Below are positions 45,001 to 56,220 of a stretch of 64,000 nucleotides of DNA, in pieces; position 1 is the first letter of the stretch; every line of letters begins with the position of its first letter. The stretch is from Eledone cirrhosa (lineage: Eukaryota), in contig OZ024757.1 in assembly GCA_964016885.1 (NCBI GenBank), forward strand, positions 2,480,001 through 2,544,000. Reading direction: 5' to 3'. The position numbers were made by a program, and so were the translations under genes. The notes beneath the pieces are model-generated. The model did not search any database. It was not told where the DNA came from and saw only the letters and a program-made list of their open reading frames with translations.

Positions 45001-46365
45001 GTCTTGCTCAAGGACACAGTGGACTGGAGCAACGTGAAAGAAAGTTTCTTGCTCAAGGACACAGTGGACTGGAGCAATGTGAACTAAAGTTTCTTGTTCA
45101 AGCACACAGTGGACTGGAGCAACATGAAATAAAGTGTCTTGCTCAGCACACAGTGGACTGGAGCAACGTGTAATAAAGTGTCTTGCTCAAGGACACAGTG
45201 GACTGGAGCAATGTGTAATAAAGTGTCTTGCTCAAGGACACAGTGGGCTGGAGCAACGTGAAAGAAAGTCTCTTGCTCAAGGACACAGTGGACTGGAGCA
45301 ACGTGAAAGAAAGTCTCTTGCTCAAGGACACAGTGGACTGGAGCAACGTGAAAGAAAGTGTCTTTCTCAAGGACACAGTGGACTGGAGCAATGTGAAATA
45401 AAGTTTCTTGTTCAAGCACACAGTGGACTTGAGCAACAAGAAATAAATTGTCTTGCTCAAGGACACAGTGGACTGGAGCAACGTGTAATAAAGTGTCTTG
45501 CTCAAGGACACAGTGGACTGGAGCAATGTGTAATAAAGTGTCTTGCTCAAGGACACAGTGGACTGGAGCAACGTGAAAGAAAGTGTCTTGTTTAAGGACA
45601 CAGTGGACTGGAGCAATGTGAAAGAAAGTCTCTTGCTCAAGGACACAGTGGACTGGAGCAACTTGAAATAAAGTGTCTTGCTCAAGGACACGATAGATTG
45701 GAGCAATGTGAAATAAAGTGTATTGCTCAAGGACACAGTGGACTGGAGCAATGTGTAATAAAGTGTCTTGCTCAAGGACACAGTGAACTGGAACTATGTG
45801 AAAGAATGTCTCTTGCTCAAGGACACAGTGGACTGGAGCAATGTGAAAGAATGTCTCTTGCTCAAGGACACAGTGGACTGGAGCAATGTGTAATAAAGTG
45901 TCTTGCTCAAGGACACAGTGTACTGGAACAATGTGAAAGAATGTCTCTTGCTCAAGGACACAGTGGACTGGAGCAATGTGTAATAAAATGTCTTGCTCAA
46001 GGACACCGTGGACTGGAGCAATGTGTAATAAAATGTCTTGCTCAAGGACACAGTGGACAGGAGCAATGTGTAATAAAATGTCTTGCTCAAGGACACAGTG
46101 GACTGGAGCATTGTGTAATAAAATGTCTTGCTCAAGGACACAGTGGACAGGAGCAATGTGTAATAAAATGTCTTGCTCAAGGACACAGTGGACTGGAGCA
46201 ATGTGTAATAAAATGTCTTGCTCAAGGACACAGTGGACTGGAGCAATGTGTAATAAAATGTCTTGCTCAAGGACACAGTGGAGTGGAGCAATGTGTAATA
46301 AAGTGTTTTATTTAAGGACACAGTGGACTGGAGCAACGTGTAATAAAGTGTCTTGTTCAAGGACG
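1..46365. repeat. 45-bp tandem satellite (~1030 monomers, runs off the left edge), consensus AAAGTGTCTTGCTCAAGGACACAGTGGACTGGAGCAAYGTGAAAK
   Basis: Continuous 45-bp periodicity read directly; the ORF track shows 15-aa periodicity in several frames; rare -1, +1 and +8 indels. Confidence 0.99.
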
Positions 46366-46446
46366 CAACAGAACACCTGGTACTAGAATGGGACTGACAA
46401 CCTCTCGGTATCAAGCCCAACACCCTAACCATAAGCCATGCACCTT
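46320..46446 (-). mobile_element. 5' head of a tRNA-derived CORE-type SINE continuous with the satellite
   Basis: Minus strand reads GGTGCA-TGGCTTATGG (A box, 46429-46438)-TTAGGGTGTTGGGCTT...AGTCCCATTCT (degenerate B box, 46385-46395)...TGTTGCGTCCTTGAACAAGACACTTTATTACACGTTGCTCCAGTCCAC. The last part resembles the MIR/CORE consensus TGTGACCTTGGGCAAGTCACTT. Confidence 0.8.
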
Positions 46447-46456
46447 TACAAACTAA

Positions 46457-46640
<184 letters not shown>

Positions 46641-46644
46641 CTGA

Positions 46645-46820
46645 GTGTTAGTGTGTGTGGTTGTGTGTGTGGTAGTGTGTCTGCTAGTGTGTGTGGTAAT
46701 GTGTGTGTCAGTGTGTCATTGTGTATGTGTGCATGTATGTATGTATGTGTGTGTGTCAGTGTGTGTCAGTGTGTCAGTATGTGTGCATGTGTGTGGTAGT
46801 GTGTTTGTAGTAGTGGTAAG
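46645..46820. repeat. Degenerate (TG)n-rich tract
   Basis: Seen directly. Confidence 0.9.
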
Positions 46821-47028
46821 TAAGAGGGGACCTTACTAAGCATAACAGGGATTAAAGGTGACTCAGCCTCAAAAGGGGACAAAACCCTAAAATTACCCGA
46901 AACAACAAAACCGGTTTCATTGACAGACCCTAGGGTGACTCTTTACTTTTTCTTTTGTTATCCCTTAAAATATAACACCACCCAACATCAGCTCCCCTTT
47001 CATACCTCTCAACGCCACCCTCTCATAT

Positions 47029-47530
47029 CCACCACCACCATTATCACCACCACCACCACTATCACCACCACCACCACCACCACCACCACCACCACCACCA
47101 CCACCACCATCATTACCGCCACCACCACACCATCAGCATCACCACCACACCACCACCACTACCACCACCACCACCACTACACCACCACACCACCACCACC
47201 ACCACGACCACCACCACTACCACCACCACTACCACCACACCACCAGCACCACCACCACACCACCACAACCACCACCACCACTACTACCACCACCACCAAC
47301 ACAACCACCACCACCACCACCACTACCACCACGCCACCCCCACACCTCACAACCCCCACTACCCACCCCCACCCCACCACCACTACCACCACACCACCAG
47401 CACCACCACCACACCACCACCACCAGCACCACCACTACCAGCACCACCACTACACCCCCCACCACACCACCACTACACCACCAGTGGTGGTGTGGTGGTG
47501 GTGGTGGTGGTGTATGGTGGTGGTGGTGGT
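47029..47530. repeat. (CAC)n trinucleotide tract that flips to (GTG)n at ~47484
   Basis: Seen directly: ...cactacaccaccagtggtggtgtggtgg... Confidence 0.95.
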
Positions 47531-47607
47531 CATATATATATATACACCTACATAAAATATACATAATATACTATCATATCTTTGAAAAGATACCAATAGT
47601 TTATATA

Positions 47608-47800
47608 CGTGTGTGTGTGGGTGGTGGCGTGTGTGTGATCTGTTGTGGGTGTGTATATGTGTGTGTGTTTGTGTTCTGTTGTGGCAGTGTATATATGTGT
47701 GTGTGTGTGTGTGAGTCACATGCATTAATATATACTTCTCTCTCGCTCTCTCTCACTTATACACACATACATACACACATACATACATACATACTCACAC
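47608..47800. repeat. Compound (TG)n/(CT)n/(CATA)n low-complexity tract
   Basis: Seen directly. Confidence 0.9.
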
Positions 47801-47956
47801 AAGCAGGAATGCCCCCCACACTCTCCCTATAAGTGTCGAGCCCTGCCCCCTCATCACTAGAAACCACTCTACAGAGATAATCCCTGCCAATAAAACTAAT
47901 CTCCTCAAGTAAGAGGATTAACAATTAATTCATTTAACTGAGTTCATTAAACAGAA

Positions 47957-49280
47957 GTCAAATGGAATCACATTTGAACCCCACTCATTTCATAGGGGTC
48001 AAATGGGTTCACATTTGAACCACACTCATTTCATAGGGGTCAAATGGGATCACATTTGAACCCCACTCATTTCATAGGGGTCAAATGGGTTCACATTTGA
48101 ACCACACTCATTTCATAGGGGTCAAATGGGTTCACATTTGAACCACACTCATTTCATAGGGGTCAAATGGGTTCACATTTGAACCACACTCATTTCATAG
48201 GGGTCAAATGGGTTCACATTTGAACCACACTCATTTCATAGGGGTCAAATGGGTTCACATTTGAACCACACTCATTTCATAGGGGTCAAATGGGTTCACA
48301 TTTGAACCACACTCATTTCATAGGGGTCAAATGGGTTCACATTGGAACCACACTCATTTCATAGGGGTCAAATGGGTTCACATTTGAACTACACTCATTT
48401 CCTAGGAGTCAAATGGGTTCACATTTGAACCCCACTCATTTCATAGGGGTCAAATGGGTTCACATTTGAACTACACTCATTTCATAGGGGTCAAATGGGT
48501 TCACATTTGAACTACACTCATTTCATAGGAGTCAAATGGGTTCACATTTGAACCACACTCATTTCATAGGGGTCAAATGGGTTCACATTTGAACCCCACT
48601 CATTTCATAGGGGTCAAATGGGTTCACATTTGAACCACACTCATTTCATAGGGGTCAAATGGGTTCACATTTGAACCACACTCATTTCATAGGGGTCAAA
48701 TGGGTTCACATTTGAACCACACTCATTTCATAGGGGTCAAATGGGTTCACATTTGAACTACACTCATTTCCTAGGAGTCAAATGGGTTCACATTTGAACC
48801 CCACTCATTTCATAGGGGTCAAATGGGTTCACATTTGAACTACACTCATTTCATAGGGGTCAAATGGGTTCACATTTGAACTACACTCATTTCATAGGAG
48901 TCAAATGGGTTCACATTTGAACCACACTCATTTCATAGGGGTCAAATGGGTTCACATTTGAACTACACTCATTTCATAGGAGTCAAATGGGTTCACATTT
49001 GAACCCCACTCATTTCATAGGGGTCAAATGGGTTCACATTTGAACCACACTCATTTCATAGGGGTCAAATGGGTTCACATTTGAACCACACTCATTTCAT
49101 AGGGGTCAAATGGGTTCACATTGGAACCACACTCATTTCATAGGAGTCAAATGGGTTCACATTTGAACCACACTCATTTCATAGGGGTCAAATGGGTTCA
49201 CATTTGAACCACACTCATTTCATAGGGGTTAAATAGGTTCACATTTGAACCACACATATTTGATAGGGGTCAAATGTGGG
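47957..49280. repeat. 41-bp minisatellite, 32 units (GGGGTCAAATGGGTTCACATTTGAACCACACTCATTTCATA)
   Basis: GTCAAATG at 47957 and 49269 are 1312 bp apart (32x41); edge units are diverged. Confidence 0.97.
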
Positions 49281-49441
49281 GTGGGATCATTACATACATA
49301 CATATCATCATCATTGTGACAACAGTTGAACATTCCTGACAAAGTCTCTCCACAATTCACCATCCTCCCTTTCTTCTGACAACTGCTCCCTACTGAGGTT
49401 TGTATCTTCTGAGAGCTGATTGATGAAGGTTTGAGCGGGTT

Positions 49442-52400
49442 TTCCTCTACTGTGTCTCCCATGAGTTCCCACAGTAGTAACTTGTGTATAACTTCCTCTA
49501 CTGTGTCTCCCATGAGTTCCAACAACAGTAACTTGTGTATAACTTCCTCTACTGTGTCTCCCATGAGTTCCCACAACAGTAACTTGTGTATAACTTCATC
49601 TACTGTGTCTCCCATGAGTTCCCACAACAGTAACTTGTGTATAACTTCATCTACTGTGTCTCCCATGAGTTCCCACAACAGTAACTTGTGTATAACTTCC
49701 TCTACTATGTCTCCCATGAGTTCCCACAACAGTAACTTGTGTATAACTTGCTCTACTGTGTCTCCCATGGGTTCCCACAACAGTAACTTGTGCATAACTT
49801 CCTCTACTGTGTCTCCCATGAGTTCCCACAACAGTAACTTGTGTATAACTTCCTCTACTGTGTCTCCCATGAGTTCCCACAATTGTAACTTGTGTATAAC
49901 ATCCTCTACTCTGTCTTCCATGAGTTCCCACAGTAGTAACTTGTGTTTAACTTCCTCTACTGTGTCTCCCATGAGTTCCCACAATAGTAACTTGTGTATA
50001 ACTTCCTCTGCTGTGTCTCCCATGAGTTCCCACTATAGTAACTTGTGTATAACTTCCTCTGCTGTGTCTCCCATGAGTTCCCACTATAGTAACTTGTGTA
50101 TAAATTCCTCTGCTGTGTCTCCCATGAGTTCCCACTATAGTAACTTGTGTATAACTTCCTCTACTGTGTCTCCCATGAGTTCCAACAACAGTAACTTGTG
50201 TATAACTTCCTCTACTGTGTCTCCCATGAGTTCCCACAACAGTAACTTGTGTATAACTTCATCTACTGTGTCTCCCATGAGTTCCCACAACAGTAACTTG
50301 TGTATAACTTGCTCTACTGTGTCTCCCATGAGTTCCCACAACAGTAACTTGTGTATAACTTCCTCTACTATGTCTCCCATGAGTTCCCACAACAGTAACT
50401 TGTGTATAACTTGCTCTACTGTGTCTCCCATGGGTTCCCACAACAGTAACTTGTGCATAACTTCCTCTACTGTGTCTCCCATGAGTTCCCACAACAGTAA
50501 CTTGTGTATAACTTCCTCTACTGTGTCTCCCATGAGTTCCCACAATTGTAACTTGTGTATAACATCCTCTACTCTGTCTTCCATGAGTTCCCACAGTAGT
50601 AACTTGTGTTTAACTTCCTCTACTGTGTCTCCCATGAGTTCCCACAATAGTAACTTGTGTATAACTTCCTCTGCTGTGTCTCCCATGAGTTCCCACTATA
50701 GTAACTTGTGTATAACTTCCTCTGCTGTGTCTCCCATGAGTTCCCACTATAGTAACTTGTGTATAAATTCCTCTGCTGTGTCTCCCATGAGTTCCCACTA
50801 TAGTAACTTGTGTATAACTTCCTCTACTGTGTCTCCCATGAGTTCCCACAGTAGTAACTTGTGTATAACTTCCTCTACTGTGTCTCTCATGAGTTCCCAC
50901 AATAGTAACTTGTGTATAACTTCTTCTACTGTGTTTCTCATGAGTTCCCACAACAGTAACTTGTGTATAACTTCATCTACTGTGTCTCCCATGAGTTCCC
51001 ACAATAGTAACTTGTGTATAACTTCATCTACTGTGTCTCCCATGAGTTCCCACTACAGTAACTTGTGTATAACTTCATCTACTGTGTCTCCCATGGGTAC
51101 CCACAACAGTAATTTGTGTATAACTTCATCTACTGTGTCTCCCATGGGTACCCACAACAGTAACTTGTGTATAACTTCCTCCACTGTGTCTCCCATGAGT
51201 TCCCACAACAGTAACTTGTGTATAACTTCATCTACTGTGTCTCCCATGGCTTCCCACAACAGTACCTTGTGTATAACTTCCTCTACTCTGTCTCCCATGA
51301 GTTCCCACAATAGTAACTTGTGTATAACTTCCTCTACTGTGTCTCCCATGAGTTCCCACAGTAGTAACTTGTGTATAACTTCCTATAATGTGTCTCCCAT
51401 GGTTTCCCACAACAGTACCTTGTGTATAACTTACTCTACTGTGTCTCCCATGAGTTCCCACAATAGTAACTTGTGTATAACTTCCTCTACTGTGTCTCCC
51501 ATGAGTTCCCACAACAGTAACTTGTGTATAACTTGCTCTACTGTGTCTCCCATGAGTTCCCACAACAGTAACTTGTGTATAACTTCCTCTACTGTGTCTC
51601 CCATGAGTTCCCACAACAGTAACTTGTGTATAACTTCCTCTACTGTGTCTCCCATGAGTTCCCACAATTGTAACTTGTGTATAACATCCTCTACTCTGTC
51701 TTCCATGAGTTCCCACAGTAGTAACTTGTGTTTAACTTCCTCTACTGTGTCTCCCATGAGTTCCCACAATAGTAACTTGTGTATAACTTCCTCTGCTGTG
51801 TCTCCCATGAGTTCCCACTATAGTAACTTGTGTATAACTTCCTCTGCTGTGTCTCCCATGAGTTCCCACTATAGTAACTTGTGTATAACTTCCTCTGCTG
51901 TGTCTCCCATGAGTTCCCACTATAGTAACTTGTGTATAACTTCCTCTACTGTGTCTCCCATGAGTTCCCACAGTAGTAACTTGTGTATAACTTCCTCTAC
52001 TGTGTCTCTCATGAGTTCCCACAATAGTAACTTGTGTATAACTTCTTCTACTGTGTTTCTCATGAGTTCCCACAACTGTAACTTGTGTATAACTTCCTCT
52101 ACTGTGTCTCCCATGAGTTCCCACAGTAGTAACTTGTGTATAACTTCCTCTACTGTGTCTCCCATGAGTTCCCACAATAGTAACTTGTGTATAACTTCCT
52201 CCACTGTGTCTCCCATGGGTTCCCACAATAGTAACTTGTGTATAACTTCCTAAAATGTGTCTCCCATGGCTTCCCACAACAGCACCTTGTGTATAACTTC
52301 CTCTACTGTGTCTCTCATGAAGTCCGACAATAGTAACTTGTGTATAACTTCCTCTACTGTGTCTCCCATGAGTTCCAACAACAGTAACTTGTGTATAACT

Positions 52401-52506
52401 TCCTCTACTGTGTCTCTCATGAGTTCCCACAACAGTAACTTGTGTATAACTTCCTCTACTGTGTCTCTCATGAGTTCCCACAATAGTAACTTGTGTATAA
52501 CTTCCT
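49442..52506. repeat. 51-bp minisatellite A, 60 units (TTCCTCTACTGTGTCTCCCATGAGTTCCCACAACAGTAACTTGTGTATAAC)
   Basis: TTCCT at 49442 and 52502 are 3060 bp apart (60x51); the + frame is kept across the array, so there is no net indel. Confidence 0.97.
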
Positions 52507-52643
52507 GCTTACTTCTCAAGCAATGTCCTGCAAATCGTAACAGTCTTTAAGCAATTGTAGTTGTTATCTTGGTCAAGTTTCTTTATAAACTTTCATTTGT
52601 AGTACGTTGATGCCAGTAGTTTAGTGTATACACCATCTAGTTT

Positions 52644-53103
52644 CTCAAGTGCTAGTGTCAGGGACCATGTACCTGATCTTTACAACACTGAGTCAAGTGG
52701 TTGTGTCAGGGTCAATGTTAATTGATCCATACAACAACGCTGGCTCAAATACTTGTCAGGGTCCATGTACCTGATCCATACAACAACACTGGCTCAAGTA
52801 CTTGTGTCAGGTTTCATGTACCTGATCCATACAACAACACTGGCTCAAGTACTTTTGTCATGGTTCATGTACCTGATCCATACAACAACACTGGCTCAAG
52901 TACTTGTGTCAGGGTTCATGTACCTGATCCATACAACAACACTGGCTCAAGTACTTGTGTCAGGGTTCATGTACCTGATCCATACAACAACACTGGCTCA
53001 AGTACTTGTGTCAGAGTCCATGAACCTGATCCATACAACAACACTGGCTCAAGTACTTGTGTCAGAGTCCATGTACCTGATCCATACAACAACACTGGCT
53101 CAA
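52644..53103. repeat. 51-bp minisatellite B, ~9 units (CATGTACCTGATCCATACAACAACACTGGCTCAAGTACTTGTGTCAGGGTT)
   Basis: Unit starts at 52764, 52815, 52866, 52917, 52968, 53019 and 53070, plus two degenerate units on the left. Confidence 0.95.
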
Positions 53104-53211
53104 CAGATATTCTGAAGAATGATATTATGATTTTTCTGGGTAGATCTGACTTCCATATCTTTTCCATTTTGTTCGTTGCAGCCCAGAAATATTTTTTTAT
53201 ATACCCATGCA

Positions 53212-53327
<116 letters not shown>

Positions 53328-53403
53328 AAATTAAGATGATCAAAATTATGGGTGTCATGCCAGAAAGACATGCGCCATATCACCCATAGTTTTAATATAG
53401 ATG

Positions 53404-53454
53404 AGATTCTACAGGACTAGAACTGTTTCATTCTTTAGAAATCATCAGGAGTCT
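53404..53454 (-). ncRNA. Type I hammerhead ribozyme motif (HHR-1)
   Basis: Minus strand: AGACTC-CTGATGA-tTTCTaaAGAAt-GAA-ACAGttctagtcCTGT-A-GAATCT. Core is complete with a GUA cleavage triplet; stem I has one mismatch and stem II is weak. Confidence 0.72.
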
Positions 53455-53544
53455 GGGTATCCAAAAATAAAAGTGGTATAGATAGGTCTTTTCAGGTGGT
53501 AGGAGAGGGTGAGGAGTAGGATGGGTGGAGGTCATTGGTTGATA

Positions 53545-53890
53545 GAAAAGGGAATTCATTAAAAGGTGATTCTTTAAAGCTATAATTTATATTTAGAGTG
53601 ACAAAGGCAGTAAGAATGCTATAAACAAGTTAAGATTGGGGTGCCACTTCTTATTTTTAAGTTTCTCTTAAGCTAACAATGCCTATATATATCAGGTGTC
53701 TATAAGATCGTTGGGGGTCTGTCATGGTTGAAGGATTTAAAGAAAAGGGAAATTCTTTAAAAGCTAATTCTTTAAAGTTCTACTTAGAGAGACAAAGTTC
53801 AAAAGAATTCTATAGACCAGTTCAAAATATTGGGTGCCTATCATATCATTATGTTCAAATTTCTCTTAAGCTATATTCCAGGTGTCAACA
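53545..53890. repeat. Old degenerate tandem duplication, ~197-bp period
   Basis: GAAAAGGGAA...TTCTTTAAAG...TTAGAGNGACAAAG...GGGTGCC...TTTCTCTTAAGCTA...CAGGTGTC occurs from ~53545 and again from ~53742. Confidence 0.7.
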
Positions 53891-53899
53891 GACACATTC

Positions 53900-53927
53900 A
53901 CAAACACACACACCCAGACACACACAT

Positions 53928-53989
<62 letters not shown>

Positions 53990-53990
53990 T
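53900..53990. repeat. (CA)n(TA)n microsatellite
   Basis: Seen directly. Confidence 0.95.
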
Positions 53991-54032
53991 AGTGAAAAAG
54001 AACAAAGGAACTATTATGACATTATAACAAGT

Positions 54033-54088
54033 TTATTGCCGACAGCCGTTTCGTCCGACCACATGGTGGGACTTTTCAAGGCATATAA
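54033..54088 (-). ncRNA. Hammerhead-like motif with a variant core (HHR-2)
   Basis: Minus strand: TGCC-TTGAAAA-GTCC caccatgtggtc GGAC-GAA-ACGGCTGT-C-GGCA. Stems I and II are perfect, stem III is near-palindromic, triplet is GUC; the core differs from CUGANGA at two positions. Confidence 0.6.
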
Positions 54089-55044
54089 CATGTGATTGTA
54101 AGATCATTATTTACATAAACGTATCACTCAAGGCTAGCAGTTTGAAATTGTGGTATACATCAGCAACTCCGCTTGTATAGTTGGGGTCTATATTCTAAGG
54201 GGGCTCTTTTATATTAGTTGTCGGGGTCAGGGATTGAAGTTTAAAAATTAGATAATATATAATTTACGCATTAACAGTAAACTAAAAGACTTGGGGTCCC
54301 GTAGAAGCACCTTAGAAAATCCCTCAATAAGTGCATAAAGCTTACAGGCTCCAATAAACCTACTAGACTAGAAGAAATTAAGAGGCTAATAAAATAAAAA
54401 ATAAAAATATAAAGTTTCCCTAAAAATATATAAAGTTTCCTATGAAATTCCTTCTAGAGAAAAAAATTTTTTTCCGAAAGAAAAAAACCTTCTTCCCCCG
54501 AGATCACGTTTACAAATTTCAGAAAACTTACGAAGTTTTGATATTCCCTACTAAGTTGAAAGAAACTAATCAATTAAAGGTTAATTCAAAGAGCCTTCTA
54601 TAATTCTCTCAGAAGAGGCCTCTTTAATATTTTCAATAGGAACTTCTTCCGAGAGACCCTTCGAAGAATTAAAATTTTAGAGAGCCTTTAAGGATATATA
54701 TAAAAACGAATTGAGGAAAATTATACATTAAAAGTTAAAAAATTACGGTATTTGGGATATCCGAGGAATTTTCAAAGGGCTGCTTCAACAGATACAACTT
54801 AGGCATAATAGATACAATAATTTAAGTAATTTAAGTAATTTAATTAGGGAGCAATTCAAGGAGTTTATCAAGTTGGGCAAGATTAAAGAAAGTGGTAAAT
54901 AAGAAAATACATAAGCAAAAAGACAATAATTATAAAATGTATTTTTAAGAAGGTATAAGGTAGCTTCAGTAATCTAACAATGTATTATCACAAAAAATTA
55001 TTATAAAATTATTGATACAGGATTAACAAAGACATAATAATATA

Positions 55045-55260
55045 TATATTCCTGCCTAATTAACAAGTAATCAAAACACTATTAACAGTCAGGCAAAATT
55101 AGCTCAGGGATATCCCGCGCTCGGATACTTTACACACACACAGCAACACATAGGATTAGCACAGACACAATGGTATATTCCTGCCTAATTAACAAACAAT
55201 CGATTAACAATTGATGGTCAAGAAAATGTACTCAGGGATATCCCGCGCACGGATATTTAC
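55045..55260. repeat. Imperfect ~129-bp direct repeat pair containing a GGGATATCCC palindrome
   Basis: TATATTCCTGCCTAATTAACAA at 55045 and 55174; CTCAGGGATATCCCGCGC at 55103 and 55231. Confidence 0.85.
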
Positions 55261-55302
55261 ATACATACAACAGGATGAACAGTACTGGTGACCGTGTGGG
55301 CG

Positions 55303-55390
55303 CGATATCCATTATGCGTATGTAGTCATCTGCATAGCTCCAGGCACGATATCCATTATGCGTATGTAGTCATCTGCATAGCTCCAGGCA
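55303..55390. repeat. Perfect 44-bp tandem duplication
   Basis: CGATATCCATTATGCGTATGTAGTCATCTGCATAGCTCCAGGCA twice. Confidence 0.95.
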
Positions 55391-56147
55391 CAGCTGGTCT
55401 TGTTTAAAAGTTCATGGATCAACTGGGATTCACTATCAGCTGCGTGGACTCTCTGGGAGATGTACCTGTGGATCTAATAGCCAGTGGTTGCTGGATGTCG
55501 TCCGTTCGATCTTTTAGTTTCAGGGGTTGTACGCTTTCGCGATAGACCAGCCTGCCGGTTCTAAGTCCAAGGTCTCGCTACGTAGGATGTATTGCTCTAC
55601 ATGCTATATTGTTAAAAAACCAGTGTGGATTTGACTGGGGTGGTATATTACGAACTCCAAGCCCACACGCGACTGGTCAAAAGCGAAGGGCTGTCCCCTC
55701 TTTGTTTGCTGTATGGGTCGGTCCCAGCTTAGATGGTGGTCGTGTTATCCATATTCCGTCAGCCCTGTATATTCAAGACAGATCAGGGTATATATTAGCG
55801 GGTATGGTCCGGCGTCTACGTTATCCAGAGGGTCTCGCTTGTGGCATTTTCAAGTACGCATGTCATCTCCTGGTTAAGACTGCGCATGCTTCGGTGAATC
55901 TCATGCATGGAATCTTAGGGTATCGTATTACACGGGGTGACTAGCAGAAAATATACATTCTATGCCATCGCGCACGCGCTGGCCTGTGGCTACGACCGTG
56001 TCCAGTCTCGGGTAGTAGCAGACAGCAGGTAGACCAGCTATACACACCCCTGTTCAAGGGGCACAACCCCTAACTTATCGAGTGGTCAGACTTCAAGGGA
56101 GTCAGACGTGATCATCGCGATTCACATACGACCTACAATACATCTTA

Positions 56148-56149
<2 letters not shown>

Positions 56150-56216
<67 letters not shown>

Positions 56217-56220
56217 ATAT
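56150..56220. repeat. (TA)n microsatellite
   Basis: Seen directly. Confidence 0.97.

Larger units (their letters stand above)
49288..53206 (-). mobile_element. 5'-truncated, degenerate RTE/RTE-X-type LINE 3' end (ORF2 region downstream of RT), inflated by two internal minisatellites
   Basis: Minus-strand peptide pieces in order: WAATNKMEKIWKSDLPRKIIISFFRISVEPVLLYGSGTWTLT, LEKLDGVYTKLL, WHQRTTNESL, RLLRFAGHCLRSKQEVIHKLLLWE, HGRHSRGKPAQTFINQLSEDT...WRDFV, stop, then a (TGA)n/(TATG)n tail. The LLYGSxTWT, LRFAGH and G(K/R)P motifs are typical of this clade. Confidence 0.88.

Noticed and set aside
46375-46446. Functional tRNA gene
   Set aside because: The B box is degenerate, there is no clear cloverleaf, and it continues into a CORE-like domain, so it is a SINE head. 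The same applies to 60810-60900.
49431-52253. 940-aa Ser-rich mucin-like ORF
   Set aside because: It is the antisense reading of LINE-derived 51-bp array A.
53724-55944. Short ORFs 53724-54095 and 55609-55944 as exons
   Set aside because: No recognisable motifs, one crosses a microsatellite, and there is no splice or homology support.
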